From: Eledone cirrhosa
Taxonomy: Eukaryota
DNA length: 64,000 nt
NCBI GenBank assembly: GCA_964016885.1
Contig: OZ024757.1
Span: forward strand, 4,836,001 to 4,900,000
Direction of reading: 5' to 3'
In this document: positions 12,952-25,479 of the stretch, piece after piece
Position numbering within the stretch: the stretch's first letter is position 1
Layout: every line of letters begins with the position of its first letter
The notes under the pieces: model-generated
Seen by the model: only the letters and a program-made list of their open reading frames with translations
Database searches by the model: none
What the model was told of the DNA's origin: nothing
Program-made: the position numbers and the translations under genes

Positions 12952-15551
12952 TTTTTTTTTTTTTGTTTAATATTGTAGCGGTTTTATTGTATTGTATCAG
13001 ATGAAAGAATGGTATTTAACTAATGTATTGGTACGTGATGGGGCCCACCCACAGCCCCGGCGGACAGAATGGAGAAGGCGTTTCCCTGGAGGACGGCAAG
13101 GGAGACGCGCTGGAAAAGCCACTCCAACTCGCGGGGCTCACACCTACGGCTGGCCAGCTCAGCGCCTATGGTGGTGAGTAAGGAGGTAGCCCTGGGGCCG
13201 AGGACACCAGAAGTTTCCACTTCCAGGGGTACGACCGCAAACCTGTCGGAGAGCGACCGGTATTTGAGGAGTTTGGTCCCCTCAGCCCGACGTGCAGCAG
13301 AACCTGGGCCAGTCGCAGACTGCACCAGGTTGTGGCTGCAGAAAGTGTCGGTGCAAGTGGCATCCCAGACGAGGGGTTTGCCACCGCGGAACGGGAAGAT
13401 GGTCATGCCATCTGGCCTTTTGCCGTCCCCTCGAGCTGGGAAGGGAAGCCTGCAGCGTCCAAGCCATGCTTAATAACCTCGTTGAGGGCAGTATGGCGTG
13501 GAATGCGGCCGGCACTGTGGCGACTGGAAAGCGGGTGGAGGCCGAAAGAGTTCACGGTGGAACCGCAGCGACATTGGTGTGGCTGGCAGATCCGGAGGCC
13601 GAGCCTCAGGGAAACGCCGAATCGCAGGCTATGGTTGTCTAGCTGCGTGCCAGTGGAGAAGGAAGGCAGAGCATCGAGCCAGGCACCACTGTGGGTTTGG
13701 AGGCCGCACGAAAACAAGCAAGGCGGTGCTGGTCAACAGGAGAAGAAGGAGGAGCGAAGTCTACTGGGCTAAGTCCCAGCCGGTCCCACGTCTCACAGGC
13801 GGCCACACGTTCTCTGAACACAGAGGGTTCTGTTGTGTTTTGAAGAACTCTGCTGACGAGGACGCGGCATGAGGTTACCGACGAAAGATACGCCGACAAA
13901 GCTAGTGAGATCGGGGACTGGAGGTGAAGGCCGCCATACCTGACCGGTAAAGCGGCCTGTTGCCACCCTATGTCGTCAAACTTGACGGTGCATATCCCCT
14001 CGGCTGCTGCTCGGATACAAGTATCGAGGTCAGCGAGGAGAGATGCCTGGGTGTATCATGGAGTGCTGCGGAGTGTATAGAGGGGCTTCGGCATGGCGAA
14101 ACAGTTCCTCAGCAGAAAGAGAGCTGGGTGGCCGTCAATCAAGCCCAGTCGGCTCGTGAGAGTCTGGAAATTTTGAAGCCTGGACCTGATGGTGCAGCGG
14201 ATGGCCGGCGGGTGGATCGGTGACCCGAGGATGAAGACATCCTCTTTGGGGGGTCACCTGAACCTGGGGTAGAATGGACCGCATGTCCAAGACGGAGGCT
14301 GCAAAGCTCCCAGCATCGAGGCTGACGTTCACCACCTCCGACTTAGCCGAGTTGACCTGGAGGCCGATTCCCGCCAGGGCAGGAATCACCAATTGAAGGT
14401 CTTGGCAGACCGTCCGTACGGGCCCGCCCAACGTAGCATCATCCAGATACCAAACGTTGAGAGGGGCCGTGATAATCCGCGCGGTGTGGTCAACACCAAG
14501 GGCGAACAGGAGGGGTCCCAAAGGGTCGCCCTGTTGGACCCCCAGTAGCCGAGAGTATGACCGTATCAGCAGCTAGGAGCATGCTCGGGGCTCCATATGA
14601 CAGGTAGGCCAGCGGCTAGACAGAGGGTGCTCGGCTGAGGCAGGCCTTCAGCAGATGATCCCAGCGTAAAGAGTTGAAGGCATTCCTCATGTCAAGCTTG
14701 ACAATGAGGTGCCTGGAGTCCCTGAATGTCGGTACCGATGGGCAGCTGCTGAAGAACTGCCTGATTGCATGAGAGGCTCCCTCGCAGCCACCGGACACGC
14801 CGACACCCAGTTGCACCGGAATAAACTCCTCACCCAGTTCGAGTGTGACGGACTTGCAGATCACCTTGGCAGCCAGCCTCCGGAAGACATTGCCCACAGC
14901 AATGGGGCGTATGCCACCCTCTTTCTTCCTGAGAGCGGTGAGTCTGGCTGAAAAAAAAAGGCCTCGGGTGTAAGGGTCGAGAGCACCATGAATGAGCCTA
15001 TTGGTGAGCGTCACAATTGCATTCAGAAGGCGGCGCCCGGCCTCAGCAGAGAGGGGGGATGTCAACACCCTGAGGTGGCCTGGTCGGAGACCATCAACAC
15101 CTCCGCAGCTGCTAGCTGGGAAGGACCTGATGGCGGGCATGATATCTGCATCAGTAGCTACAAGGAGCAAGTGGGGGTCGGGTGGGAGTATGGGTCTGAG
15201 ATCAGTGGGTGGCTCAGGGTGTTTGAGCCGCAGAGCAGCCAGGACTTCCTCGGTGGGTTCGAGGACAGTGCCCTCTGAGGCAACAACTCTGAGACATCAC
15301 CCATGATAAGCTTTGCGTTTACCTGGTCACGCAAACGCTTGGCGCTGGCCTCGGGGGTGGAGGAGAGGGGGTAGCTGAGGTTGGGGTGTGTGGCGTCCCT
15401 GGGCACGCTTGGAATAGGCGCTCGCCCAAATGACGAGACATTGCCCTTGACGAAGGCTGCTGTTAACCGGTCAGCGCCAGAGCTGGGAAGGCCGTGGGCG
15501 AATGGGGCGAAATAGAACAACCGCTCCCAGTCACTGGCTCGATTGGAGTCC
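12952..15551 (-). mobile_element. CRE-clade non-LTR retrotransposon (RT, Zn-knuckle remnant, restriction-like endonuclease); 5'-truncated, frameshifted, poly(A) tail
   Basis: Motifs KKEGGIRPIAVGNVFRRLAAK, QLGVGVSGGCE, KLDMRNAFNSL, GPLLFAL, WYLDDATL, GAWLDALP, RH..LN, PDGMTIFPF..GKPLVWDATC..T; T13 run at 12952-12964; GC-rich island. Confidence 0.85.
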
Positions 15552-15843
15552 TTGTAATGGAACTCTTAGTAGACACAATTGTAAAGTAAGAATAGATATG
15601 ACAGTGTAAGACTGATGTCGGGGAGAGAAAATTGTGTGTATCGTCTTCCTGTCTTCCTCCGGTTGCAACGTTTTTTGAAATATCCAGTTCTGCGTTTACA
15701 GATTGACTTTGTTAGTTTCAGAAGATCCCGTTAAGGGTGAAAGCAGAGATTCTTTGCTTAAACTTTAATTTGTTATTTTAATAAATATATATATATATAT
15801 AATTGTTACACAAGAGATATAATTAGATTAATTAAAGTTATAA
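15552..15843 (-). promoter_or_regulatory. Cassette X copy truncated by the CRE element and interrupted at its (TA)n by a ~145-bp repeat also found at ~63765-63910
   Basis: 15552-15640 matches 62759-62850; 15790-15843 matches 62850-62902. Confidence 0.6.
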
Positions 15844-15990
15844 TGGTTTCTTATTTAGGCACAAGGCCTGCAATTTGGGGGGAGGGGAAAGTCGATTAAA
15901 TCGACCTCAGTGCGTGACTGGTACTTTATTTTATCGATCGCGTAAGGATGAAAGGCAAAGTTAACTTCGGCAGGATTTGAACTCAGACCA
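15844..15990 (-). mobile_element. 5'-truncated tRNA-derived Meta-type SINE
   Basis: Minus strand GAGTTCAAATCC B-box then GCCTTTCATCCTT...GATAAAATAAAGTACCAG. Confidence 0.8.
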
Positions 15991-16164
15991 AATAATGATT
16001 TCATTTATTGGCCACAAGGGCCGACTCTCAGACCAAATAATAAAGACAGTCATGATAACAATAACCTGAAATATAGGATTACGTCGAGTGCTCTCCCTAA
16101 TATTACATCAAGGTTGACTATACGGAATGACCAGTTCTATCCAGTGGTGAGCCAACAAACCTAA

Positions 16165-17340
<1,176 letters not shown>

Positions 17341-18094
17341 CTTTAAGTAAATTGTAGTGGTTGTGTATAATGGTGAAATATTGATAAGGCATGTGTATGC
17401 CGGAAAAATGAACAAGTAGGTGAATGGATTCATTATAGAAATAATTTATTTCACTGGAACTTAATTTGTGGTTATGTACACATCATGCTTTACTACATAC
17501 ACAAATGTTAATGTTGACAACTGCTTCGAGCTGTTAGAAAATAGAATCAGGATACATTTGTGGAACTGGTGTGTTAGAATGAATATGTTTGTGTGAGTGT
17601 GTATGTGTAGTTCATCTGACACAGTAGGTCTCTCTGTGTGTTGTCAGACCAGCTTTCTATCCTGGGTTTCCCTTGACTCTCATATATATAATGTTGCGGT
17701 GGTTAGAATGATAGACATACAGCAACAGGGTTTCTACGTCCTTCGGTCAATTTGACTTTGGCTTGACCTAGCTGAGGTCGTAGGTCATAGGGAGTTGATC
17801 AATCACTTTTTGACAGGACAAAGAAAAAACCTTTCTTTGGCGCCTGTCGTCGTGATTTTGAACAGCGAGAATTCTTAGATTCAGCTTCGAATCTAGGCTT
17901 GGAGAAGGAAGTGTTATTTGTTACAAAATTAAAGATATCTTTATTATTTAAATTACCTCCATCTATTTAATTATGTGGTTCACTACCTTACATTATAAAA
18001 TATATTTTATATTTAGTTGTACTTTGTTGTCTCAGGGAAGTTTTGTTCGTTTTAGTCTAAATCTATCTTGATTTAATTTACTTCATCTACACCA

Positions 18095-19440
18095 TCATAG
18101 TTTTACGTCCGTTTTTCAATTCTGGCATGGGTTGGATGGGTCCTTTTAAGCACAACATCTCCCCACTCGCTTGTTCCTTCGTCATCTGTGAGTCTCAGCA
18201 ATTTGAGATCAGCTCTCACCACATCTACCCTCGGCTCCCTGTAGTATGGCTTCCCTTCTCTGGTTTTCCGTGGCACTTCTTTAACCAGTGATTACCAATT
18301 TCTTCCTCATTTTATCCCGGCTCTGCCTTCCTCTCACATTTATGTTGCACATCCAACGAAGCATGGTTGCTCCATTTCTCTCCAGCTTATGCATGTCTTC
18401 TGCAGTTACTGCCCATATTTCACTTCCATGCGGTATTGCACCTTACTCACAGGCATTGTACAGCCAACATCTTTGTACGTAGGGAGAAACCTGTATTTGC
18501 CAACAGTGGAAGTAGCTCTCTAAACTTCAATCCTATCCTCTCTTACGAAGCACCCTCCTCTGCTGCTAATTAGGTTACCTAGATAGCGGAAGCTATCATT
18601 GTGTACAGTTTATGCCTACTTCTTTCCTACATATGCAGTAGGGTCGCTTATTCTCTAGTTCTTTTATGGATTCACCTATAGGACCAGATCATTCACATTA
18701 GACTGTTTCCCGTAAACAGCCAGTCTTAAACCCATTGATTATGGCTTGGAGAACTATGAAGAACAGCAGTGGGTTGTGAACTGAACCATTATGAACACCT
18801 ACCTGTACATTGAATTCCTCACTAAACTCCCTTCCTACTCTCACTTTACTGACAGCTCCTCTGTACATGGCTTTCACTGCTCTCACAAGCCATTCTCCAC
18901 CTAATTTTCTGAAGGACCACCAGATAATAGAGTAAGGTACTCTGTCAAAGGCCTTTTCTAGATCTAGGATCTTCTCTTGTAGTTGTGTCACTAACAAGTT
19001 TCATCAGTAATTCCAAAGAGAATGTCAATTATATGTGTATGTGTGTTGAACAATGAACATAAAACAAAAGTCTAAGATTGCTTCTTAATTTATTCTCTAC
19101 ATTCATCAATCTCTCATAGTAACATTTCCAGGCCTCTTTCTTTTGAGCATCAGTGGTTATAAGTGTACCAGTGTCATTTCTAACACACCTTTCCCTGTCT
19201 TGCAATGTGAAACACTTCACACCTCTCATTCTCATGTCTCAAGACATTGGCAAACTTTCTTTTTTCAGCCTCTCTCTGTGTTATGTATACCTGTCTTCTA
19301 GCTTCTCTCTTAGCTATCTGGTCCTGGTCTGACGCCCCTATTTTTCCAGTCTTTCCATGCCTGTCACTTGTCTTTAACCCTTTAGCATTTAAACTGGCCA
19401 TATCCAGCCAGAATTCTCTCACTTCTTTCTGTTCAAACCG
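18095..19440 (-). mobile_element. Degraded RTE LINE fragment with internal deletions
   Basis: DLEKAFDRVP, VGVHNGSV.NPLLF, AWKCYYERLMN; (TGA)-type tail. Confidence 0.85.
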
Positions 19441-19689
19441 ACTGTAACTTGCTGCTCATATTGATGTTAATGTATTGTCCTCAAAATAAGTAATATCAAA
19501 GTCTCATAGATTCAATATTATGTGAGATAAAGACTTGACCATGAAAATATAATAGTAAATATAGAGTAATGTAAATGCTACAGGGTTAATAGCTCTATCT
19601 ACTGTGCTGTTTCACCACTAGGTCACCCTCTGCTGGCTGGTACTTTGTTCCAGCCACAAGTCTTATCAATTATTCCAAAGAAATTGTCA

Positions 19690-20000
19690 ATTATATATGT
19701 GTGTTTGTGGGTATTGAACATTGAAAATAAAACAAAAGTCTGAGATATGGTTAATTGTTTTACAATCGTTTCAGAGGGTTGATTGATCATGGTAACTCAA
19801 TATATTGATACGGTGTGATTGATCAGGGATTTTGAGACTAGAAATAGTTAGTGACATAACAACTACCTGTTTGTCAATATATCAATCTACCATGATCAAT
19901 CAAACCTCTAAAATGATCGTAAAACAATGAACTAATTAAGAACATATCTTTGTCTCTAGTTTTACTTTCATTGTTCAAAACACACACATATATATATAAA
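19690..20000. mobile_element. Imperfect palindromic MITE-like element
   Basis: TTGTTTTACAATCGTTTCAGAGGGTTGATTGATCATGGTA pairs with TACCATGATCAATCAAACCTCTAAAATGATCGTAAAACAA; left arm partly duplicated at ~19005-19080. Confidence 0.6.
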
Positions 20001-20172
20001 TGACTCTGTAACTCTAGAAGAATCTTTGAAGGAACCTTATGTGATGAGATCCTACTACAAAAACTATAACTTTCATCACCCTATCTTGTTGAAACCATCT
20101 CTTCAAGGCTGCAATGAGTTCTAATAATGTTATCGGTCTCTCCCTAAACACTGGAATACTAGTATATATATA

Positions 20173-20611
20173 TGTATTTTTTGTTATTTATTTAAGGTTT
20201 AAATACGGTGTTTTTGTCGTATTGAACAGAACAAATCTTGCAGTTTTGCTTTTTGTTAAATCGCTTGTTAAACATTCATAACCTTCCAGCTCCTCAATTC
20301 CTTAATTCTATCGTATTCCCAAACAAAAAACAAAATCCTTCCCATTCTTAATTCTATCGTATCCTCCAATTCCTTAATTCAATCGTATTCTCAAACAAAA
20401 AACAAAATCCTTCCCATTCTACTTCTTATAAATTACTTTAAATATATATATTATGCTACTTGAAAGTCAAAAAATCCGCTCTACACCCTTCACCCTCCAG
20501 CTACTCCACGAGGGGCTGCGGTCAGCCACACTCTCTCTCCCCCTTCCCCTCTCTCTCTCTTCCCTTTCCCCTCTCTCTCTCTTCCCCTTCCCCTCTGTCT
20601 CTGTCTTAGCT

Positions 20612-20674
<63 letters not shown>

Positions 20675-23600
20675 ATAAGTTCTCCTTCATGTTTATTCAC
20701 TTTCGCCAATCCATCGCTGCTTCAATTATTCCTACTATGGTGTACCCATGTAATCGTAACGTACACATTTTTCTCTATCTAATCCACGTTCAATTTCGTA
20801 CATAGTCCAAACATCCAATCTCGCAAAATCCGAAATCTGTATTTTTTGTTATTTATTTAAGGTTTAAATACGGTGTTTTTGTCGTATTGAACAGAACAAA
20901 TCTTGCAGTTTTGCTCTTTGTTAAATCGCTTGTTAAACATTCATAACCTTCCAGCTAGCTACCCCACACCCCTCCCACCCGCCCCCACACACCACCATTC
21001 TTAATACGTGGACCAATCACAAGCCAGAGCCCCCCCCCCCCAACGCATCACCATTATTATTATTACGCGGACCAATCATAAGCCAGAGGCCTATACTATC
21101 GCTTGCCCGGTTGCCTTCGATATATGATGGATGGATGGATGGACGGACTGCGGAATCCTGGAGAGTGGAAGGGAGAGAAAAATCTGGACGCTCAGAGCGA
21201 AAATGCCAAAGTTAAAGTCAAATTCACCTTGTGGACGAGAATGCGAGCACTCCTCTTTGTTTCGTCCGCGGATGGCTAACATAACCCTATCTCCTCCCGC
21301 CCCCACCACCCCCACCCTCCAAACGCAACCCAAAACTTCAGAGTTGGTACCATAAATGTAGGCACCCTAAAGGGTCGCGCTAACGAGGTTGTAGAAATGC
21401 TTGAACGTAAGGAGGTCGATGTTTGTTGTATTCAAGAGACCAGGTGGAGGGGTGGGTCTGCTAGATTCATTGAGGGTAAAAAACGATGTTATAAGCTTTT
21501 CTGGGTGGGAAACGACGATGGGCTGGGTGGAGTAGGAATCATGGTAGCAGAAAAGTGGGCAGATAAGATAATAGACGTAAATAGAGTGAACGACAGAATA
21601 ATTAAAATACGACTTGTCCTCAATAGAACTACGGTGACAGTAATATCTGCGTACGCACCCCAATCCGGACTGCCCGGCACTATAAAAGACAGATTCTATG
21701 AGACACTGTTGCTAACTACCTCCCAAATATCTGACAGTGACTATATAATTATTGCAGGCGACCTAAATGGTCACGTTGGACAACATTGTGACGGCTACGA
21801 CGAAATCCATGGAGGCTATGGGTTTGGTACTAGAAATGAGGAAGGCTCCAGAATCCTGGAATTCTGTGATGCAAATAACCTAACTATCTGTAACACTAAC
21901 TTCAAAAAACGTGACAATCACCTGATCACCTATAGATCCGGGGAACACACAAGCCAGGTAGATTATATCCTTACCAGAAGACGTGACAGAGTGTCTGTTG
22001 TAAACACTAAATCCCTCCCCCATGAAGAATGCACCTCCCAACATAGACTGATAATTAGCGACCTAATAATCAGGACGAGACGTACTCGACAGCAGAAGAG
22101 GACTATCCTCAGGAGAAAAATATGGAAGCTAAAGGACCCCACAGCCAGAAATAAATTTCAAAGCATATTACTTGATGCTTTCGACAGTAAGGAAGAGCAT
22201 CTAGAGTCGGACAATATAGAGGGACAGTGGGAATTTCTGAAAGCAAACCTGCTGTTGGCGACAGACGAAGTCTGTGGCTGGAGCAGGCCTGTAGGCAGGA
22301 GGAGAGTAACATGGTGGTGGAACAGTAAGGTGGAGGGGTCAATTAAGGCCAAAAAGCAGGCTTGGAAAGTATGGCGGGATGGGGGAAGTAGAGTAGACTA
22401 TCAAGTGGCCAGGAGGGAAGCTAGGAGAGAAGTGTACTTAGCAAGAAGGGAAGCTGAGGAAAGAAAGTTCAAGCATGTTCTACAACGCAATGACCAAAAA
22501 CGTGAGGTGTTCAGGATTGCTAGGCAATGCGTCAAGGAAAACCGTGATATTGTCGGGGAGAAGTGTGTACTTAATGATGATGGCATACTTGCCATCACCG
22601 ACACTGATAAGAAGGTAGCTTGGAAGTGTCACTATGAAAGGCTACTAAATGAGGAGAATAAATGGGAGAAAGACAGTCTCCCCCATATCGACCCAATAGA
22701 GGGACCAGCAGTGTTAATCGAGGGGAGTATAATAAGTAAGGCAATCAAGGATATGAAGACGGGTAAGGCGGCTGGGCCTTCGGAAATAGTTGCTGAGATG
22801 CTGAAGGCATCTGGCACGGTGGGACACACCATGGTCACCCGCATAGTTAACCAAGTCGTACAGAATGGGGTTGTTCCGAAGGACTGGCATAGCAGCATCA
22901 TCGTTAACTGTTATAAGGGTAAAGGAGACGCCCTAGATAGGAGTAACTATAGAGGCATTAAATTAATCGACCAGGTCATGAAGGTCACGGAAAAAGTAAT
23001 AGCGCAACTAATCAGAGAGAGAATTGACCTAGATGAAATGCAGTTCGGGTTTGTGTCAGGCAAAAGCACCACATACGCTCTTTTCATAGTACGACAGCTA
23101 CAGGAGAAGTACCTAGCTAAAGGTAAACCCCTCTACTTAGCTTTTGTCGACCTGGAGAAAGCCTTTGACAGAGTCCCCCGCTCCATTATCTGGTGGGCTC
23201 TTAGAAAACTAGGCGTTGACGAATGGCTTGTGAGGGCTATACAAGCCATGTATAAAGAAACAGTCAGCAAGGTTAGAATTAACAACGAATATAGTGAAGA
23301 GTTTAGCGTAAAAGTTGGCGTCCATCAGGGCTCTGTTCTCAGCCCCCTACTATTTATTATTGCCCTTCAGGCTATAACAGAGGAGTTCAAGACAGGCTGC
23401 CCGTGGGAACTCCTATACGCAGACGACCTGACACTCATAGCGGAATCAATGGCCGAGCTAGAGAAGAAATTCCAAACATGGAAGCACGGCCTAGAGTCAA
23501 AAGGACTTAAAATTAACCTGGCTAAGACCAAAGTTCTAGATTGTAGGAAAGAAAACAAGGCGGCGGTCCTTTCTGGGAAATGGTCGTGCTCGGTGTGTAG

Positions 23601-24728
23601 GAAAGGCGTAGGTAGAAACTCCATTTTATGTCCTAAATGCAAAGTATGGGTGCATAAAAGATGTAGTGGGATCACAGGTAAGCTAACTAAGAACATAGAT
23701 TTTACATGTGGCCGGTGTTCTGGTGCAATAAGTAGCAGCAAGTGCCCACAAAATACTAGCTCTTTCAATTGCGCAGAGGGTTCTATAGAAATAGTGGACA
23801 GCTTCCGTTACCTGGGCGATAAAATCAGCAGTGGGGGAGGGTGCTCTGAAAGTACTGTAGCTAGAGTCAGAACTGGTTGGAAAAAGTTCAGAGAGCTTAT
23901 ACCACTATTAGCTGCTAAAGGGTTCTCCCTAAAAATGAAAGGCAGGTTGTACGATGCCTGCATACGAACAGCAATGTTGCATGGCAGTGAGACCTGGGCA
24001 TTGTGTGCAGAGGATATACGCAGACTAGAGAGGAACGAAGCTTGCATGCTCCGCTGGATGTGTAACAGTAATATACGTGAACGGCAAAGCATAAACGAAC
24101 TAAGGAAAAAATTAGAGATAAGAGGGATCAGATGTTGTTTACTCGAGAGAAGGCTACGTTGGTATGGACACGTGATGCGCATGAAAGTCGATAGCTGTAT
24201 AACAAAGTGCAGGGCAATAAAGATAGACGGTAGCCACGGAATAGGCAGACCTAGAAAAACCTGGGACGAGCTGATAAACTCCGACCTCACACACTTACAC
24301 CTCTCCAAGACAATGTCACTGGACCGAGACCTTTGGCGGTACTCAGTAACAGAGAAGACCCGCCTTGCCAGTAGGCATCTCTAACAAAATACACCCCGTC
24401 CCGCCACCACCCCCACCCCATCCACACCACCCCGTTCTATGTAAAGTTATGTTGGTGCCGCGCCATCCAGGCCGAAACAAATGAGATCGTGTAGGTGTCA
24501 CGACAAAAAAACACACAGTCCACGCTGTAATGTGGCCGTGTAGGCAACACGGTAAAAACCTCCCAGACCCACACTGTAAATGTGGTTGGTGTTAGGAAGG
24601 GCATCCAATTGTAGAAAACCTGCCAGACAGTCCTATGCGAGCAAGACAATCACTCTTGCCTCAAGTGGGACTACCCCCGTCCAAACCCATGCAAGCGTGG
24701 AACACGGACGTTAAACGTTGATGATGAT
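20173..24728 (+). mobile_element. Apparently full-length RTE-clade LINE (5' boundary uncertain)
   Basis: Intact APE+RT ORF; 3'UTR ends GGACGTTAAACGTTGATGATGA then (TA)n; 5' region has a 119-bp direct repeat and two CCAAT-containing repeats. Confidence 0.85.
21397..24384 (+). CDS. RTE ORF: APE endonuclease + reverse transcriptase + inserted PHD-like C4HC3 finger; frame is open from 21280
   Basis: IQETRW, GDLNGHVG, QVDYIL, SQHRLI; QFGF, FVDLEKAFDRV, GVHQGSVLSPLLF, LYADDL, FRYLG; RRLRWYGHVMR. Confidence 0.95.
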   Translation: MLERKEVDVCCIQETRWRGGSARFIEGKKRCYKLFWVGNDDGLGGVGIMVAEKWADKIIDVNRVNDRIIKIRLVLNRTTVTVISAYAPQSGLPGTIKDRFYETLLLTTSQISDSDYIIIAGDLNGHVGQHCDGYDEIHGGYGFGTRNEEGSRILEFCDANNLTICNTNFKKRDNHLITYRSGEHTSQVDYILTRRRDRVSVVNTKSLPHEECTSQHRLIISDLIIRTRRTRQQKRTILRRKIWKLKDPTARNKFQSILLDAFDSKEEHLESDNIEGQWEFLKANLLLATDEVCGWSRPVGRRRVTWWWNSKVEGSIKAKKQAWKVWRDGGSRVDYQVARREARREVYLARREAEERKFKHVLQRNDQKREVFRIARQCVKENRDIVGEKCVLNDDGILAITDTDKKVAWKCHYERLLNEENKWEKDSLPHIDPIEGPAVLIEGSIISKAIKDMKTGKAAGPSEIVAEMLKASGTVGHTMVTRIVNQVVQNGVVPKDWHSSIIVNCYKGKGDALDRSNYRGIKLIDQVMKVTEKVIAQLIRERIDLDEMQFGFVSGKSTTYALFIVRQLQEKYLAKGKPLYLAFVDLEKAFDRVPRSIIWWALRKLGVDEWLVRAIQAMYKETVSKVRINNEYSEEFSVKVGVHQGSVLSPLLFIIALQAITEEFKTGCPWELLYADDLTLIAESMAELEKKFQTWKHGLESKGLKINLAKTKVLDCRKENKAAVLSGKWSCSVCRKGVGRNSILCPKCKVWVHKRCSGITGKLTKNIDFTCGRCSGAISSSKCPQNTSSFNCAEGSIEIVDSFRYLGDKISSGGGCSESTVARVRTGWKKFRELIPLLAAKGFSLKMKGRLYDACIRTAMLHGSETWALCAEDIRRLERNEACMLRWMCNSNIRERQSINELRKKLEIRGIRCCLLERRLRWYGHVMRMKVDSCITKCRAIKIDGSHGIGRPRKTWDELINSDLTHLHLSKTMSLDRDLWRYSVTEKTRLASRHL

Positions 24729-24741
24729 ATATATATATATA

Positions 24742-25400
24742 TCAGCATTTTACGTCTGTTTTTCCCTGCTTGCAAGGGTGGGACGGGTCCTATTCAGCAC
24801 AGCATCTCTCCACTTGTCATCTCCTCGGTGAGTTTCAGCGATCTGAGGTCTTCTCTCACCACCTCCGCCCATGTTTTATGTGGTCTACCTCTTCTGCGTC
24901 TTCCTACTACTGGGATTATTTGGCACTTCTTTACCCAGTGGTCACATGTCCATACCATCTCAGTCTTCTCTCCTGCACACCACAACTTATCCCTCTTATA
25001 CCCAGTTTCTTTCTCAACTCGTCTATGCTTGGTCGTTCACACACATTGACATTGCACATCCAACGGAGCATGCTTGCTTCTCTCCAGCCGTCACATATCC
25101 TTTGCAGTTGCTGCCCATGTCTTACTACCATGCAGCATCGCACATCGGCATCATATAACCATCCTTTCGTATGCAGGGAGAAACCCTTCTTTGTCAACAG
25201 AGAAAGCAGCTCCCTAAACTTCTTCCAACCCGTCATTATTCTAGATACTATGGGGGTGGGGGTTGGATAGTGGGATGGGGTTGTATATTTGGTTAAGAGG
25301 TGCCTACTGACTGTAGGTTTCGCTTTGTACATAGGCAAGGCGGATCTTCTGTATTACTGAGTAGCGCCAAAGATCTCGGTCCAGTGACATTGTCTTAATG
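24742..25400 (-). mobile_element. RTE 3' fragments, tail-to-tail with the full-length copy
   Basis: GWKKFRELL, MLRWMC, RRLRWYGHV, RGRPHKTW. Confidence 0.85.
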
Positions 25401-25479
25401 TATATATATATACATATACACACAATTATATATATATATGTATGTATGTGTGTGCGTGTGTTAAACTGTTCGTATACAC

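Noticed and set aside
23367-24308. Long antisense ORFs over RTE and ZNF regions
   Set aside because: Shadow ORFs of the coding strand.
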